DNA from: Eledone cirrhosa
Lineage: Eukaryota
DNA: 64,000 nt
Reading direction: 5' to 3'
NCBI GenBank assembly: GCA_964016885.1
Contig: OZ024763.1
Location: forward strand, 13,082,001-13,146,000
A program made the translations under genes and the position numbers. Numbering within the stretch: position 1 is the first letter of the stretch; every line of letters starts with the position of its first letter. Under the pieces are notes generated by a model. That model was given only the letters and a program-made list of their open reading frames with translations. It did not search any database and had not been told where the DNA came from. Positions 56,292 through 64,000 of this stretch are shown here, piece after piece.

Positions 56292-57245
56292 CTCTTTAGC
56301 ATTTAAACCGGACATATCTGGCCAGAATTTACTCACTTCTTTCTGTTCAAACCGGCAGTAACTGGCCACTTATACTGATGTTAAGGTATTGTTCTCAAAA
56401 TAAATCAAATCAAAATCTCATAGATTCGATTCGATATCGACAGTCGATCGACTTTCATCAAATCGGACCAAGGAAACAATGTTTCCATTGGTCTTTCCAG
56501 TTGCTAATACTATCTATCAGTCGCAACTCCAGGTAGAAGGAGCAACATGAAATAAAGTGTCTTGCTCAAGGACATAACGCATCACCCGGTACAGAATTCG
56601 AACTCACAACCTCACGATTGTGAATCCAATTCTCTAACCACTCAGCCACATGCCTTCACTGAGAAGATTCGATGTTATGTGAGATAATTATGTGAAAAAG
56701 TGTTTACTGCGAAAATACAATAGTATATATAAAGTAATGTAAATGCTAAAGGGTTAACCCTTTAGTGTTCAAACCGGCCAAAACCGGCCACAATTCTCTA
56801 CCACTTTCTGTTGAAACTGGCTGTAACTGATTGCTCAAACTGATGTTAAGGTATTGTTCTCAAAATAAATACTTTCAAAATCTCATAGATTCGATATTAT
56901 GTGAGATATTATGTGAGGTAAAGCCTTTACCATGAAAATATAATTGTTTCTACTTTTGGCACAAGGCCAGTAATTACCCAGTGCATTACTGGTACTTTAT
57001 TTTATCGACCCCGTAAGGATGAAAGGCAAAGTCAACCTCGGCGGGATTTGAACTCAGATCGTAAAGGGACGTAACTATGCTGGAAAGCATGGCGTCCGAC
57101 CCTCTACTGATGCTGCCAATCCACCACCATGAAAATATAATAGTATATATAGAGTAATGTAAATGTTATGTGAGGTATTATGTAAGGTAAAGCCTTTACT
57201 GTGAAAATACAATAGTATATATAGAGTAATGTGAATGCTAATGGG
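56292..57245. mobile_element. Two tandem piggyBac-like MITEs sharing TTAA at 56754-56757, each with a SINE insert (56431-56660, 56945-57128)
   Basis: C(T/C)CTTTAG...CTAAAGGG termini with TTAA; SINE TSD accatgaaaatataat at 56929-56944/57126-57141. Confidence 0.72.
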
Positions 57246-57420
57246 TTAAATTAAAGTCCAATATTCAATTTATCTATAATATAATTTTAAACGAGTTAAT
57301 TATTTCTTTGTGTCCCGGTAGCAAATGATCCAGGGATTGGTAGCGGTCTGTGGGCCAGTGGTTGGGGACCTTTGGATTAGACAGAGGCACATCAAATGTA
57401 CTCGTCCCCTTCTTATTCAG

Positions 57421-57533
57421 GATGGTATAGAGGTAATGGGTTGGAGAGTAAACAAGAGGATGGTGAGGGCTCTGCCACCTTCACCCCTCCACCAGATGGT
57501 AGATGGTATATCCCAGCCTATATAAACACCGAG
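57421..57533 (+). CDS. Candidate internal coding exon of an unidentified host gene
   Basis: Acceptor ccccttcttattcAG, donor GAG|GTATAA, open frame WYRGNGLESKQEDGEGSATFTPPPDGRWYIPAYINTE; unique sequence, no homology known to me. Confidence 0.3.
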
Positions 57534-57604
57534 GTATAATTATATATATATATATATAAACATATCTTATATAAACATAAACCAACAGGAGACATTAAAC
57601 GGGA

Positions 57605-59386
57605 ATGATGATGATGGTGGTGGTGATAGTGGCTGTGGTGGTGGTGGTGGTGGTGGTGATGGTGATAGTGGCTGTGGTGGTGGTGGTGGTGGTGGTGATG
57701 GTGGTGGTGGTGATAGTGGCTGTGGTGGTGGTGATGGTGGTGATGGTGGTGGTGGTGGTGATAGTGGCTGTGGTGGTGGTGGTGGTGGTGATGGTGGTGG
57801 TGGTGATAGTGGCTGTGGTGGTGGTGATGGTGGTGATGGTGGTGGTGGTGGTGATAGTGGCTGTGGTGGTGGTGGTGGTGGTGGTGGTGATGGTGGTGGT
57901 GATGGCCATGCAGATGGTGGAAGTGGTGGTGTTGATGATGATGGTAGTGATGGTGATGGTTATGATGGATATGATGATGGCAGTGGTGGTGGCGGTGGTG
58001 TTGATGATGATGGAAGTGGTGTTGATGATGGTGATGATGTTTACAGTGTTGATGATGATGATGATGGTGATAGTGTCTGTGATGGTGGTGATGGTGGTGA
58101 TGACGATGCAGATGTTGGAGGTGGTGGTGGTGTGTTGATGGTTATGGTGATGGTATTGGTGATGATGGTGGTGGTGGTGGTGGTGGTGGTGATGGTGGTG
58201 ATGATGGTGGTGGTGGTGGTGGTGGTGATGATGGTGGTGATGATGGTGGTGGTGATGGTGGTGATGATGGTGGTGGTGGTGGTGGTGGTGGTGGTGATAT
58301 CTACCACTAGAAACAGAACAGAAATTTGACAATACAACCAACACCACCACCACCACAAACACTGACACCAACACCACCACCGCCACCAGAAACACTGACA
58401 CCAACACCAACACCAACAACAGCAGCACCACAACCATTACAAAAAAACAACACCACCAACAATAGCATCACAAGGAACACCACCAACAACAATACCAACA
58501 ACTACAACACCAACAACAACTACTACACCACCAACAACAACTACAACACCACCAACACGACCACCATCACCACCACCCACAACAACACCAACAACTACAA
58601 CACCAACAACAACTACTACACCACCAACAACAACTACAACACCACCACCAAGACCACCATCACCACCACCCACAACAACACCAACAACTACAACACCAAC
58701 AACAACTACTACACCACCAACAACAACTACAACACCACCAACAAGACCACCATCACCACCACCCACAACAACACCACCACCACCAAGACCACTTCCATAA
58801 CAACACCACCAAGAACCATAACAACTACACCACCACCACCAGCACCACAACAAGACCACCACCACCACCACCACCACCACAACTACAACACCACCCCAAA
58901 AAACCAACATGTGTTCCAACGACATTATTGTAAATATATCTGGGAGATGGGGGGGGGATTCTCCACAGAACAATGAACAACAGAGATATAGATAACAGGC
59001 TATATATATATACATAATATATATAAATATATATATATATAATATATATATATATATATACACATAATATATATATATATATTTATATACATAATATATA
59101 TATATATATATACACATAATATATATATATATATTTATATACATAATATATATATATATATATACACATAATATATATATATATATATACACATAATATA
59201 TATATATATATTTATATACATAATATATATATATATATATATACACATAATATATATATATATATATACATAATATATATATATATATATACACATAATA
59301 TATACATATATATATACATAATATATATATATATATATACATAATATATATATATATATACATAATATATATACATATATATATAC

Positions 59387-59419
<33 letters not shown>

Positions 59420-59797
59420 CATAATATATATATATATACATATATATATACATATATATACATATATATATACATATATATACATATATATATACATATA
59501 TATACATATATATACATATATATATACATATATATATACATATATATATACATATATACACATATATATACATATATATACATATATACACATATATATA
59601 CATATATATATATACACATATATATACATATATATATATATACATATATATATATACATACATATATATACATACTTATATATATATATATATACATACA
59701 TACATACATACATACATACGTATATATACATACATACATATATATATATACATGCAGGCATATGTATTTATATATATATATAAGGAACCTACATACA

Positions 59798-59857
<60 letters not shown>

Positions 59858-59863
59858 TATATA

Positions 59864-59907
<44 letters not shown>

Positions 59908-60067
59908 CATATCTCTGTGTATGTATGTATATAGATAGCTGTCAAATGAGGGATAGACCATGTGTGTCAGTCTATGGCTGTAGTGTCTATCTATCTGTCT
60001 ATATATATAGACACTATATATATACATACATTTATATATATCTATCTATTTATATATATATATAAAT

Positions 60068-60149
<82 letters not shown>

Positions 60150-60315
60150 GTCTATATATATAGACACTATATATATACATACAGATGTATATATATATCT
60201 GTCTATATATATACATATATACATATATATATACATATATAAATATATATACATATATATATAAATACACACACAGACACACATATATATATACAAACAT
60301 ACATTTATATATATC

Positions 60316-60349
<34 letters not shown>

Positions 60350-60368
60350 CACATATATATATATATAT

Positions 60369-60415
<47 letters not shown>

Positions 60416-60700
60416 CATGTATATATATATACATACATATATATATATATACATATATATATATGTACATGTATATATAAATATATACACACACACACAC
60501 ATATATATATAAACATATATATATATACATATACATATATATATGTATATGTACATGTATATATAAATATATACACACACACACACATATATATATAAAC
60601 ATATATATATACATATACATACATATACATATACATACATATATATATGTATGTATATATATACATACTCACACATATATATATAAACATATACATATAT

Positions 60701-60766
<66 letters not shown>

Positions 60767-61694
60767 GAGAAGTTTGCAAGTAAGTAAAAAAGTTCCTTAC
60801 CTGTAAAGTGATGTTAGAGTTTCTGTCGGTGAGGATCTCTGTTCTATGTATATAGTTTAAAATATAAGGTTACCTAACACCCCCTCTCTATCTATATAGA
60901 TGCCTCTCTCTCACTCTCTCTCTCTATATAGATACCTCTCTCTCTCTGTATATAGATACCCCTCTCTATCTATATAGATGCCTCTCTCTCACTCTCTCTC
61001 TCTCTATATAGATACCTCTCTCTCACTCTCTATATAGATACCTCTCTCTCACTCTCTCTCTCTCTATATAGATACCTCTCCCTCTCTGTATATAGATACC
61101 TCTCTCTGACTCTCTCTCTCTGTATATAGATGCCTCTCTCTCACTCTCTCTCTCTATATAGATACCTCTCTCTCTCTGTATATAGATACCTCTCTCTCAC
61201 TCTCTCTCTATATAGATACCTCTCTCTCACTCTCTCTCTGTATATAGATGCCTCTCTCTCACTCTCTCTATGTATATAGATGCTTCTCTCTCACTCTCTC
61301 TCTGTATATAGATGCCTCTCTCTCACTCTCTCTATGTATATAGATACCTCTCTCTCTGTATATAGATACCTCTCTCTCTGTATATAGATGCCTCTCTCTC
61401 ACTCTCTCTATGTATATAGATGCCTCTCTCTCTCTGTATATAGATACCTCTCTCTCACTCTCTCTCTGTATATAGATGCCTATCTCTCACTCTCTCTCTG
61501 TATATAGATACTTCTCTCTCACTCTCTCTCTCTGTATATAGATACCTCTATCTCACTCTCTCTCTCTGTATATAGATACCTCTCTCTCACTCTCTCTATG
61601 TATATAGATACCTCTCTCTCTCTGTATATAGATACTTCTCTCTCACTGTATATAATACCTCTCTCTCACTCTCACCCTCTATATACATAGTTAG

Positions 61695-61735
<41 letters not shown>

Positions 61736-61782
61736 GCTACCCCCTCTCTCTATATCTATATCTCTCTCTATATATAACTACC

Positions 61783-61826
<44 letters not shown>

Positions 61827-62998
61827 ATATATGTATATAGTTAGCCCCCACTCTCCCCCTCTCTGTATATAGCTACCTGTCTCTCTCTCCCTCTCTGTAT
61901 ATAGCTACCTGTCTCTCTCTCTCTCCCTCTCTGTATATAGCTACCTCTCTCTCTCTCTCTCCCTCTCTGTATATAGCTACCTCTCTCTCTCTCCCTCTCT
62001 GTATATAGCTACCTGTCTCTCTCTCTCCCTCTCTGTATATAGCTACCTGTCTCTCTCTCTCCCTCTCTGTATATAGCTACCTGTCTCTCTCTCTCCCTCT
62101 CTGTATATAGCTACCTGTGTCTCTCCCTCTCTGTACATAGCTACCTGTCTCTCTCTCTCCCTCTCTGTATATAGCTACCTCTCTCTCTCTCTCTCTCTCT
62201 CTGTATAAAGCTACCTCTCCCTCTCTATATATAGCTACCTGTCTCTCTCCCTCTCTGTATATAGCTACCTGTCTCTCTCTCTCCCTCTCTGTATATAGCT
62301 ACCTGTCTCTCTCTCTGTATATAGCTACCTCTCTCTCTCTCTCTGTTTCACTCTCCCTCCCTCTCTCTCTCTGTTTCTTTCTCTCTCCCGCTCTCTGTTG
62401 TATGTACATAGTTTAAAATACAGGGTTACCTAACAAAACCCCTTTCTCACTATCTCACAATATGTCTCTCTCTCTCTCTCTCTCTCTCCCTCTCTGTTAT
62501 ATGTATAATGTTACTTAACACCCACCCTCTCTCTGTATCTCTCTCTCTCTCCCTCTCTGTTACATGTATAATGTTACTTAACACCCACCCTCTCTCTCTA
62601 TCTCTCTCTCTCTCCCTCCCTCTCTCTGTTATATGTATAATGTTACTTAACACCCACCCTCTCTCTCTATCTATCTCTCTCTCTCTCCCTCTCTGTTATA
62701 TGTATAATGTTACTTAACACCCACCCTCTCTCTGTATCTATCTATCTCTCTCTCTCTGTTTCACCATCACCACAACCTTCTCTCACTCACTCTCTCTCTA
62801 TCTATATATCTATCTGTCTCTCTCTCTCACTCTTTCTTTATTTATGTATTTCTCTCTATATATATATCTATCTATCTGTGCCTCTCTCTCTCTATCTGTG
62901 CCCCTCTCTCTCTCTATCTATCTATCTATCTGTGCCCCCCTCTCTCTCTCTATCTATCTATCTATCTGTGCCTCTCTCTCTCTCTCTCTCTATCTGTG

Positions 62999-63033
<35 letters not shown>

Positions 63034-63380
63034 GTGCCTCTCTCTCTCTCTCTATCTGTGCCCCTCTCTCTCTCTATCTATCTGTGCCTCTCTCTATATA
63101 TATCTATCTATCTGTGCCTCTTTCTCTCTCTCTATCTATCTGTTCCCCTCTCTCTCACTATCTATCTGTGCCTCTCTCTCTCTCTCTATCTATTTGTGCC
63201 TCTCTCTCTCTATCTGTGCCTCTCTCTATATCTATCTATCTGTGCCTCTCTCTCTCTATATATATCTATATCTATATGTGCCTCTCTCTATATATATATC
63301 TATCTATCTATCTGTGCCTCTCTCTCTATATATATATATCTATATGCCCCTCTCTCTCTATATCTATCTATCTATCTGTG

Positions 63381-63439
<59 letters not shown>

Positions 63440-63517
63440 GTGCCTCTCTCTATATATCTATCTATCTATCTCTGCCTCTCTCTATATATATCTATTTATC
63501 TATCTATCTATCTATGC

Positions 63518-63549
<32 letters not shown>

Positions 63550-64000
63550 GCCCCCCTCTCCCTTACAAGCTAACTATACAGTTTTTTGTAGTGGAGGAGA
63601 GGAGGTTGAGGGTGGTGGTGATGGTGGGGACTACTAGTGGTGGTGGTGTGGTGGTGGCCTGTTGGATGTAGTAAAGGTGTGATATGGGTGGGGCAGGGGT
63701 GTATGGCCTGGCCTGCCTTCCCTTTGTAAACTTAGAACCCTCCTGTAGTAGTAGTAGTAGTAGTAGTAGCAGCAGTAGTAATAGTAGTAGTAGTGGTAGT
63801 AGTAGTAGTGGTGAGAATATTGGTAGGGATATTCCGGTCTTGGTTGTGTTGGTGGTGGTAGTGGTGGTGATGGTGGGGTGGTGGTGGTGGTGGTGATGAT
63901 GGTGGTGGTAGTGGTGGTGGTGATGGTGGTAGTGGTGGTGATGGTGGTGATGGTGGTGGTAGTGGTGATGGTGGTGATGGTGGTGGTGGTAGTGGTGATG
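57605..64000. repeat. Low-complexity block: (GGT)n, (ACC/AAC)n, (TA)n, then (CT)n-based satellites spaced by TATAGATACC, TATAGCTACC and ATCTGTGCC
   Basis: Directly visible. Confidence 0.92.

Larger units (their letters stand above)
55707..57374. mobile_element. hAT (Charlie-like) element with nested insertions
   Basis: TIRs cactggtctccagcc / ggttggggacctttg; 8-bp TSD gactagac / gattagac. Confidence 0.7.

Overview
Repeat-dense, AT-rich animal genomic DNA, most likely intronic or intergenic. It is probably from an octopus-like cephalopod, inferred from CORE-SINE/RTE-BovB content and massive (TA)n/(CA)n/(GGT)n tracts. No host gene is confidently identifiable; only two weak candidate exons were found. 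Almost all long ORFs in the track are microsatellite artefacts. Real content includes: one near-intact RTE/BovB LINE (1890-5181; AP endonuclease + RT with an inserted PHD-type finger, one +1 frameshift in an A9 run); about 11 copies of its partner tRNA-CORE SINE; two other SINE families; RTE, Tx1, CR1 and R4/Dong fragments; mariner, pogo/Tc2, piggyBac-like and hAT elements; and several minisatellites. The main hidden signal is a swarm of short cassettes between (TA)n tracts carrying type I hammerhead ribozyme motifs, probably Penelope-like element termini. Many have a palindromic mini stem III, a downstream AATAAA, a recurrent C-C mismatch at pair 4 of stem II, and fold-back inversions centred on stem II or the cleavage site. 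All folds were made by eye; ribozyme activity is untested.
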